DNA of 64,000 bases. It comes from Azolla caroliniana. Lineage: Eukaryota > Plantae > Polypodiophyta. This document shows, piece by piece, positions 36,514-49,237 of this stretch; position 1 is the first letter of the stretch, and the number at the start of each line of letters is the position of its first letter. The notes beneath the pieces were generated by a model. The model had not been told where the DNA came from, made no database searches, and saw only the letters and a list, made by a program, of their open reading frames with translations. A program made the translations under genes and the position numbers. The DNA lies in assembly GCA_043228905.1 (NCBI GenBank), contig JBHGNT010000004.1, positions 14,818,001-14,882,000 on the forward strand. Direction: 5' to 3'.

Positions 36514-36927
36514 TGTCAACGATTACTTGCGGAAGCGTTAGAAAACAGAGAAAGCAGGGAATATACAAAGTACACGGGAGAGACAGAGAGAGCAGAACCT
36601 CAAAGCTATGTTTTTAAAATATAAAAACACTTTGTACATACAACTATGCTCAGTAGCATCATTTATACAAGTCCTCGTGGGATTGACAGAAGTACCGCGT
36701 ACTTCAATGCTCACACGAGCATCTAACACTTACTACGAGACTATAATTGCCTAGTAGTCTACACTAATACTAGGCTTCCGGTTACTGATTGGATCCGGCT
36801 AACCGGCTCCCCAACTCCCCGGCTTTGTTGCTGGCCGCATCGGTTGCTCACAACTTACCAATCCGTCTCACTTGTCGGCTCAAGCTTATTCAGCCGATCC
36901 AGCTCCAGTTGAGCTTGCCGCTCAACA
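36514..36927 (-). repeat. C2 5' LTR
   Basis: Pairs with 26594-27007. Confidence 0.95.
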
Positions 36928-37205
36928 AACCGACTCGAAGTAATTTGTTGATTTCTTCTTTTGCTTTGGCCAGATAATTCGGATTCATATGGTATCGTCT
37001 TTGTGCTAACGGTTTTGCGTCCTTGCTCAAGTGCATCTGGTGTTGATATAGCTGGGGGTCCAATCCTCGCATGTCTTCGTATGACCATGCGAATACGTCC
37101 CAAAATTCTTTTAATAGCTCCACCATTGCTGATTTTTCTGCCGATGGCATTTCTTTTGCCACATTTACCTATTTGGACTCTTCCTCGGTTCCTAGGTTTA
37201 CTGCC
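36928..37205 (-). pseudogene. G2 pre-RT/RT N-terminal remnant
   Basis: Reads LLKEFWDVFAWSYEDMRGLDP...KEEINKLLRVG. Confidence 0.88.
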
Positions 37206-37245
37206 TTCAACTGCGACACTTTGTGCAGAGGTTCTCAACCCTCGC

Positions 37246-37640
37246 ACTTTGATACCATGTGAATGTTAATGTGCGGAAGCGTCAGACAGAACCGGTTCAG
37301 CCAGATAGCAACAGAAAATGAGATGAAGGTTTAATGGAAAAGCTTAAAAACACAGAGGAGACAGAGAGAGCGGAACATAAAACTATATTCAAAAATTAAC
37401 TCTAAAACTTTGTACATACAACGTGCTAAATAGAACTATTTATACAAGTCCATAAAGGACTGACAAAAGTACTGATAGGTACTTCAATGCTCACACGTGT
37501 GACTGGCACTAACTACGAGACAATGATTACCTAGTAGTCTAGGATAGTACTAGGCTTCCGGTTCCCGCTCGAATCCGGCTCTCCGATCTGGCCGGTTGTT
37601 TCTGGATACCATCCGGATATTGATCCGGCTCAGGCCCTAG
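37246..37640 (-). repeat. Truncated copia LTR with tRNA-iMet PBS
   Basis: TGGTATCAAAG PBS at 37246-37257, LTR U5 end at 37258, similar to the C2 LTR (TACTTCAATGCTCACACG, CCTAGTAGTCT). Confidence 0.8.
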
Positions 37641-38720
37641 CCATGAGTCATCCCCGTTCAACCTCGAGCTCTATGTCTTCGCCAACCACCGGTTACAACA
37701 GAAGATACTTTCTGTTTCTCTCTCACTGTCTTTGTCTCTCTTTGTCACTCTGTACAACAATAATGATAACAACCAACTCCTTCAACATATAATTTCCCTA
37801 AGTCATATTTATACTTATATGACTTTAGGACTATTTACAAATATAGCCATGATAGGCACATTAGAAATATATTTACAGATATGTCCCTGGATCCGGTTCA
37901 CACCGGATCTGTCCGGTCTGGTTTCTTCATTCGGCTCGTCCGATCCATCGCATCCGGATCCCCTCCGGAGGGACAAAATTTCCAACAAGCTCCCCCTTCA
38001 CTCTGGCATGGGATTTCTTGTTCATCCGATCTATCTCCTGCACACATCCAGCTTGTCGGTTGACAACACCTTGGTCAGCATGCCCGACCTGTTCTCCTCC
38101 GTATGAATCTTTGTCAGCAAGAACTCTTTACCTTCTACCTTCTCTAGGAGCCAATGGTATCTATGCTGGATGTGCTTCGTCCTGTAGTGGTAGGCCGCGT
38201 TCTTCGCGAGGTGGATGGCACTTTGACTATCGCAGTAGAGTTGGAATTCCTCCTGCAGAACCCCTACCTCTCCGATGAAGTCCTTCATCCATATTACCTC
38301 TTCACCGGCTTCTACGACTGCCATGTACTCCGCTTCCGTTGTCGATACTGCAACGGACTTCTGCAACCTCGACTACCACGATATGGCTCCCCCTGCATAT
38401 GTCATAACATATTTGGATGTAGACCGGAAGGTGTCTACATAAGCCGACATGTACGAATCAGTGAAGTTTTCCAATAGGGGTTTACAGAAGCCGAATCAGA
38501 GGCACATACTCAAGGTGCCTTTCAAGTACCAGAGTATCCACTTGACCGCGGTCTAGTGTTCTCTTCCCGGATTGTTCATGAACCGGCTGACCACTTTGAC
38601 TGCATATCCGATATCTGGCCAGGTACACACCATTGTGTACATCAAGCTTCCGGCAACAGAGGCATATAATATCTTTATCATCTTCGTCTTCTCTGTCTTT
38701 GCCTTTGGACTTTGCTTTCC

Positions 38721-41700
38721 TGTTGAGAATCGAACTCAACCTCCCATAGAAATAGGATTCACACTAGCTCATGGACATACCATGCTAGTTTTGAAAATAG
38801 TAGAAAGGGCCCTTGCCCTAATTTAGTTGGTATTTAAACCAACCCTAAACTTTGTTACTGTTGGATGTAATATATAGTTATCTCTATCTTAAGCTCTCTC
38901 TCACTCTCTCTCTGTTTTGCCTTACGTACACACAGTCCTTCCGCTGCATCTCAGCCACTCTTGCTTCTCTTTACATGGTATCAGAGTGTGTGGTTGCTTA
39001 ATCATCCTCCTCATTTCTTGTGTGGTGCTACACGCTGAGGAACAATAGAACTGGCTCATCAATAGAGAAGAAACCACCATGAATACTCAGATGGGAAGTG
39101 TTATTCCAATGGAGAAGCTCGACAGAACGAACTTCGCATCTTGGGAATACAAGATGCATCAATACCTTGTCGGGCAAGGTTATTGGAGCTATATTGAAGG
39201 AGCTCATGAAACGCAACCCAACCCAACACACGCCGACTATCCCGCTTGGGAGCAGGCTACAAGCCATGTGTTGTATTGCTTGGCATAATGCGTACATGAT
39301 CATATGTTGGGATATATCAGAGAGGCAAAAACGCCATGGGAAAACCTCAAGAAAATCTTTGCGGCTAATACGGTTGCATGGAAGCTCCAACTTCAACAGG
39401 AGCTAAACAATCTGTAAACAGCTACATCCAGCGGTTGCTGGCAGTATGTCACATTCATCGACGACTTCTCCAGGAACACCTGGATCTATTTGATGAGACA
39501 GAAGAGCGACACAATCATGAGTGTAACCCCCACCAATGGCAAGCGAACAAATCCGGTCCTAGAGAGTTCGGCGGAAGGGGAAGTCATCACGCTAGACCAA
39601 GGAATCGTAGAAACCCAATCGAATGTGTGTACTGCGGAAAACTTGGCCATTACAAAGAGGAGTGCCGAAAGAAGAAACAAGAGGCATGTCGACAACTTAC
39701 TAATTACGCTTCAAATTCCGACTACGGCGACCGTGGCAGAATGTTCATAATGAAACATGAAGCGTGAGGACCTAGATGTTCGCACAAGCTTCAACTCGCG
39801 CGTCCACCTCAAATAATGTATGGTTTGTCGATTCAGGAGTGTCAAATCACATGATGTCTCACGAAGATTGGTTTCGCGAATTACGAAAACCCGAACGTCC
39901 CGGATATGTCGAGACAAGCGATGGCACGACTCATCCAATACAGCATATCAGGAATGTCCCATTCGGAAACAACGGCAAACAAACCTACCTAAAGAATGTA
40001 TTGCATATCCCCACCATCATGAAAAAACTGGTCTCAGTCGGCCAGATTTTCGAACAAGGAATGCAAGTACGATTCAACAACAACAGGTGCTTCATTGAAA
40101 TGGGCGGTCAAGTCATAGCTCACGGTCGATGAGAAGGCTGTATGTTTATCCTCAAATCAAACGAGGTAAAGTCAGACATGTTCGTAAAGGGCCTCAAAGT
40201 CGAAACGGACTTAAATTTGTGGCACCAAAGAATCGAGCACATCAATCTCCAAAGACTTCAGAACATGCAATCAAAAGGATTCGTAATTAGACTCTCGAAC
40301 TTTACGACCAAGGAGATTAAGAGCGTATGCGAAGCATGCAAATTTGGAAAGGAAGGCCGTCACCCATTCCCAAAGGAGCGGAATGTGAGCAAAGGAATCC
40401 TGGATGTTGTACATTCAGATGTGTGGGGAACAACCCAAACAGCTACATCCGGCAATTGCTGGCACTATGTCACGTTCATCGATGACTTCTCCAGGAACAC
40501 CTGGATCTACCCGATGAGATAGAAGAACGAAGTGTTTGGACACTTCTAGAGGTTCAAAGCCGAAGTCGAAAAGCTACGGGTCAGCATGTACGCTACCTTC
40601 GATCGGATGAAGGCAAATAATACTTTTCAGATGAGTTTATGGCGTATCTCCGAAAGGAAGGAATACGACGAGAATTCTCATGACATCACACACCTCAACA
40701 GAACGACGTAGCTGAGCGTAAAAACCGGCACATAATAAACGTCACTCGGGCTATGATGAATGAGAAGAATCTGCCGAAATCGTATTGGGCAGAAGCAGCG
40801 AACATGGCCGTATACCTCATGAATAGGTGCACAACCTCAGGAGTACAAGATGTAACTCCTCATGAGAAGTTCTTTGGAAAGAAGCCGAACTTATCACATG
40901 TCCGCATTTTCGGCACAATGGCTTACATGCATATTCCTGATGATACGCAACAAAAGCTCGACCCGAAGTCGGAGAAATGTATCCTTGTGGGGTACTCGCC
41001 TGAACCGAAGGGGTACAAATGCTACAATCCATCTACCCGAAAAGTTCGAACAAGTCGAGATGTCGTTTTCAACGAGTCCGCATCGTGTTACGCAATAGAG
41101 ACAACTTCGATTCCGACTTCGATATACGCCAAAATAGAGGCAGAAGCCAAAGATCAAGTTACGCGCATGTTCGACGAAATTCCAATTAAGATACGACGGA
41201 GTGGGCCGTCAGAGCTGCCAAGCGATCAAAGCACATCTTGGGCCGAGTCCAAAGCTAGACAAAGGGAAGGCGATAATGCCGGAATACGAAGATCTGTTCA
41301 AATTCGAATCGACTCATTCCCTTGATAGTGAATTCGAGGCCTTGACATCTAGACAAACGACGTGAAGAAAGCTTTAGAATCCGTGAACGAAAAGTTACGC
41401 CGGTCTACCTGAGAGAAGAACCCCATAAGCCGTTACGGCTACAATGAGTACATGGCATATCATTACGCCTTTATGATGAAGGTAGCGAATGTATGGGAGC
41501 CGGAAATTCTTTCCGAAACCGTAAAGGATCCGCGATGGGTCAACACGATGAATGAGGAGATGGAAGCGTTATGAAAAAATGAGACATGGGATCTTGTTCC
41601 TCACCCGCCGAACAAGAAAGCAAACGCCTTCCTCCAAGGAGAATTAGAAGATGGATTTGAATCGCGTAGCTATCTGCACGCCGTATGTCGACTTAAGAAA

Positions 41701-43220
41701 CCACTTTATGGCCTCAAAATAAGCATCGTGTGCGTGGCACTCGAAGATCACGCAGTATCTTCATTAGATCGGATTTCGAATGTCAAAATCCGATACTTCT
41801 CCGTACATCCGAAACGAGTCAGATAGCCTGATTGTCATCATCCTTTAGGTGGATGATTTGGTCATCGGAGGAAAAGATCTACCCGAGATTAACAAGGTCA
41901 AATCACTTCTTTCTAGTAGATTCGAAATGCAAGACCTGCAGAGCTCCATTACTTCCTAGGCATTGAAGTAATTCGAACACCAGTTGGAATAATGATATCA
42001 CAACGACACTATGTTCTCAACTTACTCTACAAGTTCAGAATAACGGAGTGCAAACTTGTGTCTACCCCTCTCGATCATAATTTCAAGATTGATATAAACT
42101 TTGGCATGGCCAAGAGTGAGCCGACTCAGTATCGTCAACTGATTGGTAGCTTAATTTATCTAGCCATCACGAGACCCGACCTCAACTATTCGATCGGCCT
42201 GCTTAGTCAATTTATGCAAAATCCATGAAATCTTCATCAGGATTGCACTACGCGGATATTTCAGTATGTCAGTACGACGATGGACTACGACATCATGTAT
42301 AAGTCGAATATGATCATTCGACTCAAAGGGTACAAAGACGCAGACTAGGAAGGATACAAAGTAGATAGATGATCCACATCCGGATTCGTCTTCTCTCTTG
42401 GTAGCGGAGAGATCTCCTGGAGTAGTAAGAAGCAGCCGACAATCGCATTGTCGAGCACGGAAGCCGAATACAGGGGTGTGGCAATCGCTGCATGCGACGA
42501 CGTATGGCTTAAGCGTATACTGAAGGAGTTGGGCGTACTCATCAAAGATCCAATTCGTCTATACTGCGACAACATGAGCAATATCTACCTAGCGCGGAAC
42601 CCCGTATTCCACGGGTGGACTAAGCACATCAAAGAGCACTATCATTTCATCCGCGAGCGCGTACAGGCCGGAGATATCGATTTACAACATATCAGTACGC
42701 ACCTACAGGTAGTCGACCTTTTCACGAAAGCCCTTGTTATCGACAAGCTGCGGCAGTGTGCGTCGAACCTTGGCCTATCTCTTCCTGACCAGCCGAGCTT
42801 GAGGGGGAGTACAGAATAGTGAACCGATCAAACTGATCGATTGATCGAAGCCGAACAAGGAGTACGCAACCAGAAAGCCGAACAATTGAAGTTCGACAAG
42901 TTTCGAAGACCGGACCAATCCGAAACCATTTTTCGATATCCGGAAGTTGTATTCGAAGAGGTGCGTTGAGAATTGAATTCAACTTCCCATAGAAATAGCA
43001 TTCACACTAGCTCATGGACATACTAGGCTAGTTTTGTAAATAGTAGAAAGGGCCCTTGCCCTAATTTAGTTGGTATTTAAACCAACAATTTGTAACTTTG
43101 TTACTGTTGGATGTAATATAAGTTATCTCTGTCTTAAGCTCTCTCTCACTCTCTCTCTGTTTTGCTTTACGTACACACAGTCCTTCCACTGCATCTCAGA
43201 CACTCTTGCTTCTCTTTACA
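38721..43220 (+). mobile_element. Ty1/copia element C3, both LTRs present, decayed, 5-bp TSD TTTCC
   Basis: LTRs at 38721-38975 and 42964-43220, PBS TGGTATCAGAG 38976-38986, TTTCC on both flanks. Confidence 0.95.
39079..42819 (+). pseudogene. C3 gag-pol with many stops and internal deletions
   Basis: Motifs KLDRTNFASWEYKM, CVYCGKLGHYKEEC, WFVDSGVSNHM, YVTFIDDFSR, WAEAAN, SSTEAEY and DLFTKAL. Confidence 0.92.
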
Positions 43221-43328
43221 TTTCCGGAGAATTTGCAAGTTGCCGTAAGTGTCGACCCGACCGGCTTGGCATTCGACATGTTGAACCTTTGAAGCACCTT
43301 TGTCACATACTTCTCCTGTGACAACCAC

Positions 43329-46006
43329 TCTAGGGAATTCGTTCCCTCCGGATGGGATCCGAATGAGAACCGGACGAGCCGAATCGGAAGGATCCAGAAG
43401 ATATCCGGATGAATGCGGTGTGAACTAGATCTAGGAACATATATGTAAATATGTTTTCTAGAGGGCCTGTTATGGCCATATTTGTAAATAGTCCTAAAGT
43501 CATATAAGTATAAATATTACTTAGGGCAACCACTTGGTCATTATTGTTATTAGTGTTGTACAGAGATAGAGATAGTGTGTGAGAGACATAAAAAGCTTGT
43601 TTGTTGTAATCGCCAGTTGGCGAAGACATAGAGCTCGACATCGTTGCCTCCGAGTCTCGCTTTGTATCCTCTTCTCATAGTGATAGTCAGAGTCTGAGGG
43701 CTCCCATGGTTTTTCCCCATTTCGGGTTTTCCACGTTAACATTTGGTGTTATCTCATTCTTTGTAAGTGCATTATTCTTATTTTCATTTCTTGCTTTCTT
43801 CCATTGAGTGCTTACGACTCGGTTTTGGCCGAGCCCCATTCCATACAAATTGGTATCAGAGCGAAGGTTCTAAACCTTGAAGAAAATGGAAGATTCATTC
43901 GGAAGCATGTTCAAGCTCCCCGGCTCGAACTATACAGTGTGGAAGTCGAAGATGAGGGACATGGTCGTGGTCAAAGATCTTTGGTTGCCTGTGCAGTTTG
44001 GAAACAAGAGGCTGGACAAGATCGATGCCACTACATGGGAGGTGATGCATATAAAGACGACACCTTACATTCGGTGCCTCATCGCCATGAGCCTACACAA
44101 CAACTTTAATGAAGAAAGTAAGGCACATGTGCTCTAGGAGAAAATCAACACCATGTTGGAGAGCAAGAATGCCAGAAATCAGGATTCGGTATTCCGAGAG
44201 TGAGTGAGACTCCGGTACCAAGACGAGGTACTTGCATTGCTCCTGCTCGGTTCCCTCCCGGATATTTGGGAGGCGCTACCTGTCACTTTGGGCAACGCCG
44301 GACCGGAAGGAAAATAGTTGTCCCTAGCAAGGGTAAAATCGAGCTTGCTAGATGAAGAAGCTCACCGGAAGAACCGGCAGTCTAGAACTGATCTGAAGGC
44401 CTTGGTCACGGAATATGACCATAACCGGGGAAGAGGCCGGAATCGGAGTCCTCAAAACTAGGACAAATCTGGGAGGAGGTCGAAGTCAAGGGCAAGGCCC
44501 ACTTGCTTTTATTGCAGAAAGCCAGGGCACTTCTAGAAAAGTTGCTGACACTTCTGAAAATACAAAGGGGGAGTTGACATTCCAGAAGCAAAGAAGATTT
44601 CGGAAAGAAAAGGAACGTCCGCGATTGTGAAAAGTGAAGAAGAACTGTTGCTAATTACCGAGGAGAGTGAGTTGCATCTTGTTAGCGACGAAATGACATG
44701 GGTGGTCGACTCCAGAGCATCGTTCCATTTGACCCCCGACTGGAAGTGCTTCACATCGTATAGAGTCGAAGATCATGGCTCTGTCTAGATGGGAAATGAA
44801 GGTGCATGCCGAATTATCGGCATAGGAGATCTGTGGTTGATGACATCAACCGGGTGCAAGTTGCTGCCGAAGGATGTCCGACACGTTCCGGAGGTTCGGT
44901 TGAACCTAATATCAACAGATCGACTAGATGATAAAGGCTACATGGGTAGCATCCGCAACAGAGTCATGAAGTTTTGCAAAGGGAGCCTGATTGTGTCTTG
45001 AGCCCGTAAGATCAACACTCTATACCTGATGCATGCCCGGATTTTCCGGGAGGAGGTGAATGTGGCATTCGCAAATGCCGATGAGTTGTGTCACATGAGC
45101 CAAAAAGGGATGAGAAGACTTGTTGTAGATAACCTCATTCCGGAGATGAAAGACCTACATCTTGAGAAGTGCACCTATTGCTTGGCTGGCAAGCATAACT
45201 GAACCTCTTTCCTATCAAGACCACCCTCAAGATGGAATGCACCATTGGAACTTGTGCATACCGATGTATGCCAAGTGGTCACGAAGTCACATGCTAGATC
45301 GCAGTACTTAGAGGACCACGGCCGGAAGCTGTGGGTCTCACCGCTTAAGCCGAAGGAACAGGTTTTATCTATCTTCAAGGACTTCCATGCAAGAGTGGAA
45401 AGGGAAACCAACCGGAAGCTGAAGGTGGTTCAAGCGGAAAACAAAGGAGAATACCAGGGGCAGTTTGAGGAGTACTATCGGTCGAAGGGAATCCGGTTTG
45501 AATTCACCGTGCCGAAGACGCCGGAACTAAACGAGTTGGCCAAAAGGATGAACGGGACCACAATGGAGAGAGTCTAAAGCATGCTAGCACATGTGAAGTT
45601 ACCCACGGCGTTTTGGGTTGAGGTATTGATGGTGGTGACCTATGTGATAAACATATCACTCTCAGCACCCTTGGACGGAGACACACCGCAGAGAGCATGG
45701 ACCGGTAAAGATGTATCTTATCGGCATCTGAAGGTGTTCGGGTGTCTCGCCTACGTGCATGTAGCAAATGACAAGAGAGCGAAGTTAGATATGAAGACCC
45801 GACCATGTATATTCCTTGGATACGGAGATGATGAGTTCGGATACCGAGTGTGGGACTTGGTCGACAAGAAGGTGCTACGGAGTCGAGACATAGTCTTCAT
45901 GGAAGAGAAGACTATTGCCAATTGGGAGTCAAAGAAGAAGATAGTAGACTCCGGATCGACTGACGGGACCCATTCGGCTGGAAGCAGGATAACCCTCGAT
46001 GAATCG
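43329..46006 (+). mobile_element. Copia C5 5' remnant (Tnt1/Tork-like: LTR, PBS, gag-protease-integrase)
   Basis: LTR 43329-43847 related to the C4 LTR; PBS TGGTATCAGAGC 43851-43862. Motifs GSNYTVWKSKMRD, WVVDSRASFH, ELVHTDV and CIFLGYGDDEFGYRVWD. Confidence 0.88.
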
Positions 46007-46428
46007 TGTTAAGAGACAAGCTCAACATTGGGTGCGTAAATGGGTGTGTAACCCAATGCGTAGACTGGGTGCGTAAAACCGTATGCACAACATGGCTATA
46101 ACGGTGCATAAACCGAGAGGCCGTTAGAACATTATTCCTCGTAAGGAATAATTTTGGGAGTAAGTGTAGGATGCTCATTTATGAGCAGTCAAGTACTGTC
46201 AGTACTTGTATCAATCCAATAGTTAGGGCTTGTATAAAAGGTGCTCATTGAGCACGAAGTATGTACAGAGAACATACAGTGAATTATTTTTTAATATAGT
46301 TTCGGTTTTCTGCTCTCTCTGTCTCTCTCTCTCCGTCTATGTGATTTCCGCGTTTTACAGAACTATCATACTTGCGAACTGTGTACTCTATGTTTTCACA
46401 TACACTTCTGCACACGTATTCTTTTACA
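46007..46428 (+). repeat. Copia 5' LTR with PBS (46429-46440) and short leader; rest of element lost
   Basis: TG...CA followed by TGGTATCAAAG. Homologous to 5619-6011. Confidence 0.88.
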
Positions 46429-46962
46429 TGGTATCAAAGTGCGAGGGTTGAGACACCTTTGCAGCCGACAGAAAAGCTTGCGATAAAGACAAAGTTAAGT
46501 TATTGTAGCCGTCCCCCCCTTACGTCGTACAAATCACGCACTACGCATCCCTATTCCCTTGCACCACGATCACCTTGGAAGCCACCCCGAAGGACTGAGG
46601 GTGGATTGTGTTCCTAATTGGTAACACTTTTAGCACGCTTGGTGATCAGTGAATCCTCGAGCCGAGTAAGCAAGGAATGGATATCTAGCCACCAACATCT
46701 TAGAGAACCTATGCGACAAGATCAACCACTAACTAGATCCATCAGCAGACAAATAGAAGAACTTGCTATGCAGAAACCCCACCTAAACGACCACACCTCC
46801 TCTTTTCAGGAGTACACGGTAGACTCCACGCTCACAGAACAGAGCAGCTTTGATCACGAAGTCGTCTCGCCACACGACCAAAGTAGTGCGAACAAACGCC
46901 ATAGTAGTCCACACCGTGGTAACAGTAACCTTCCTTTGCTGACCGTCACCATCGCGACCGGA

Positions 46963-48337
46963 ATGACTTTTTCATACCCCCGCTTCAACAGAGAAACCGA
47001 TGTTGCGAGCCACATACAATCGTTCCTCAATGTCTGGAATGCTAATCACATGGCGCAGCAGTTTCCAGAGGCGGAAGCCCACGCATCGAAGATCGCGGAA
47101 TTCAGGTTAACTTTGGATGGTCGAGCTGCGTGCTAACATTCCCAGATGGATTTGGCAACAATCACAACCTTCGACCAATTGCAATCGGTGTTCTTGCGTT
47201 TTTTTCATCGGAGGGTTCCGCAACGGGAAATTATGGGTAAGTTCTATACAATCAAGGAACTTCCAATAGAATTCGTAGCGGATTTCAATGTGCGTTTCCA
47301 GAGTTTACGACGGAATCTTACACGGGCCCTAGCTGACAAAGAGGCCAAGGAAACGTTTCTGGCAGCCTTACGACGACCTATCAAGATGACGCGGAACACG
47401 CACAGTGTGAAAGGGGAGATGTCGGATATGGTCATCAAGCGAGCATTACAGCTTGAGTTAGAGGAGGAAGATGGATTCTCCATGGCATCGCTACGGTAGG
47501 CGTTGCCTCAAGAAGAGGAACTTCGATTCGGCCAAGCCATTCAATACACAATCTGTTTAAACTCCGGGCATTCCGTAGTCGAATGTAATATGAGAATACA
47601 TTGCCCCATTTGTCACTCACGGCCACACGATGGATCAATGTGAGTACAACATGTTGAACATTCCTGCACCTGTAGTATGCCATATGGAGCCACAACAACA
47701 ATTTCGCAGTAATGACCAAGGCCAACAAGAGGAGCGCCCCCGGTATACGGACCAAAATCAAAGAACGGAGCGCCAATACCGTCATCGCAGTAACAACAAC
47801 CCGTATTCTGACGGAGAAGAACAGGAAGAGGAAGAGTACCGGAATACCAACCGTTACAATAAGGGGGGGGGGCATCTCTACGACAATCAACAACCTACCA
47901 ACAATCGCGGAGGATTCAACGGACCTCGTCCAAATGGTCACAGTCGTCAGCCTAGGGACAAGCGTCGTTATGAGGAGAGTTCAGAAGATGAACAACGCCT
48001 AGAGCCGCACCGAGAATATCATCAACAACCCCGGAATAACATGCGAATTCAGCAAACCCGGGAAGAGCAAGCCGTACCGCTAGAAACCAATCCACCACCG
48101 ATTGTAGAGAGAGGCGAGTCAAGCGTACATTGTTTCGTATGCTAGCAACCCGGTCATTACGCGATGCAGTGTCCACGTCGCAAAGGTAAGGAACCAACCG
48201 TAAATAAAATCATGGCAGAAGTCCGCCAGGTCACAACGTGGCAACAGGCGAAAAACACAGAATGGGCAGAACAAGATGAGATACGTACAGTAGCCCAGGC
48301 TTGGGTAGAAAAAGAAAATATGGTGAACGCGGAGCGT
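46963..48337 (+). pseudogene. Athila/Tat-like gypsy G4 gag
   Basis: Reads FSYPRFN...HIQSFLNVW and retrotrans_gag-like ITTFDQLQSVFLRFF, with a CFVC*QPGHYAMQC knuckle. Confidence 0.82.
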
Positions 48338-49237
48338 TGTCATGATGTTTTCGACACATAGCGTGAAACCACCCTTAAAAGAGAATAAAATAGTAGTCCA
48401 AATAAACTAATGTTGTTAAGTCAACTATGGTAATAAATGAAAGGATAAAAAGTTAGAAGCACTTTTCGAAAGTAGACAAAAGTAGACAATAAGATGGGGA
48501 GAAAAAAAGAAAAAGCACATATTGTCGTAGTGTATTCCACACACTACGTGAAAACCATAAAATAATATATCTGATTTTAGATACATATAAATAAATAAAT
48601 AATATATCAAAATATTTATCACGTGCATAAGGCAAGATTCGAACCCTATACCTCCACATAACCAAACCTCAACTTTACCGTTATGCTACCTTATCTTTAG
48701 TGTTCTATTAAAAAGTAAATCATGCATTTTTAGAGTGCGTGAATATTTTATAGAAAAACGCAAGCAACTAAAAAGTGACTCATGCACATCTAGCGTGCAT
48801 GAGCACTATATTTAGCAAATAAAAGCAAGGATTAGAAAAGCATCACATGCACATTTAGTGTGCATGAACATATTAGAAAAAAGCATGTAGCTATGCTTAG
48901 TCTCTCCCATCACTATATAAGGATGGGGAGCACATTGTAATTTTTGTTGATTTTTTTTTCTATAATGATCAATCAATCTAAAATATTCGTGGGATTCACG
49001 AATTTGCTAAAATAATTCTCTCTTATTACCTAAATATTGACTAAATATACTAAACTCGTGGGATTCACAAGATTCTTATCTTATAACTCTTTATACCTAT
49101 TCTTTACTAGCCTTATTTGTAGTCTTCTTTCTCCTAGTCCAAAACCTCGGCGGTTCCCACCCGACTCACGCAACGATCTGGAGCCGAAAGGCACGACACA
49201 GTTGGTGAACTCGACGTGAAAACCGGGTGGCAAGGAG

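Larger units (their letters stand above)
26594..36927 (-). mobile_element. Ty1/copia element C2 inserted in G2 RT, 5-bp TSD AACCG
   Basis: Paired 414-bp LTRs (26594-27007 and 36514-36927), AACCG on both flanks, polypurine tract (PPT) at 27008-27016. The host frame KLLRVG|FIR is restored on removal. Confidence 0.95.
37663..43328 (-). mobile_element. Copia C4 3' remnant (Tnt1/Tork-like RT end, RNase H, PPT, partial 3' LTR), interrupted by C3
   Basis: WLSQEKYVTKVLQRFNM (43221-43328) continues at 38720. Motifs AVSTTEAEYMA and CDSQSAIHLAKN; PPT 37988-38000; LTR from 37987 leftward. Confidence 0.85.

Noticed and set aside
37663-46006. C4 and C5 as one autointegrated molecule
   Set aside because: Their LTRs differ by many substitutions and indels, far more than the LTR pairs of single elements in this window.
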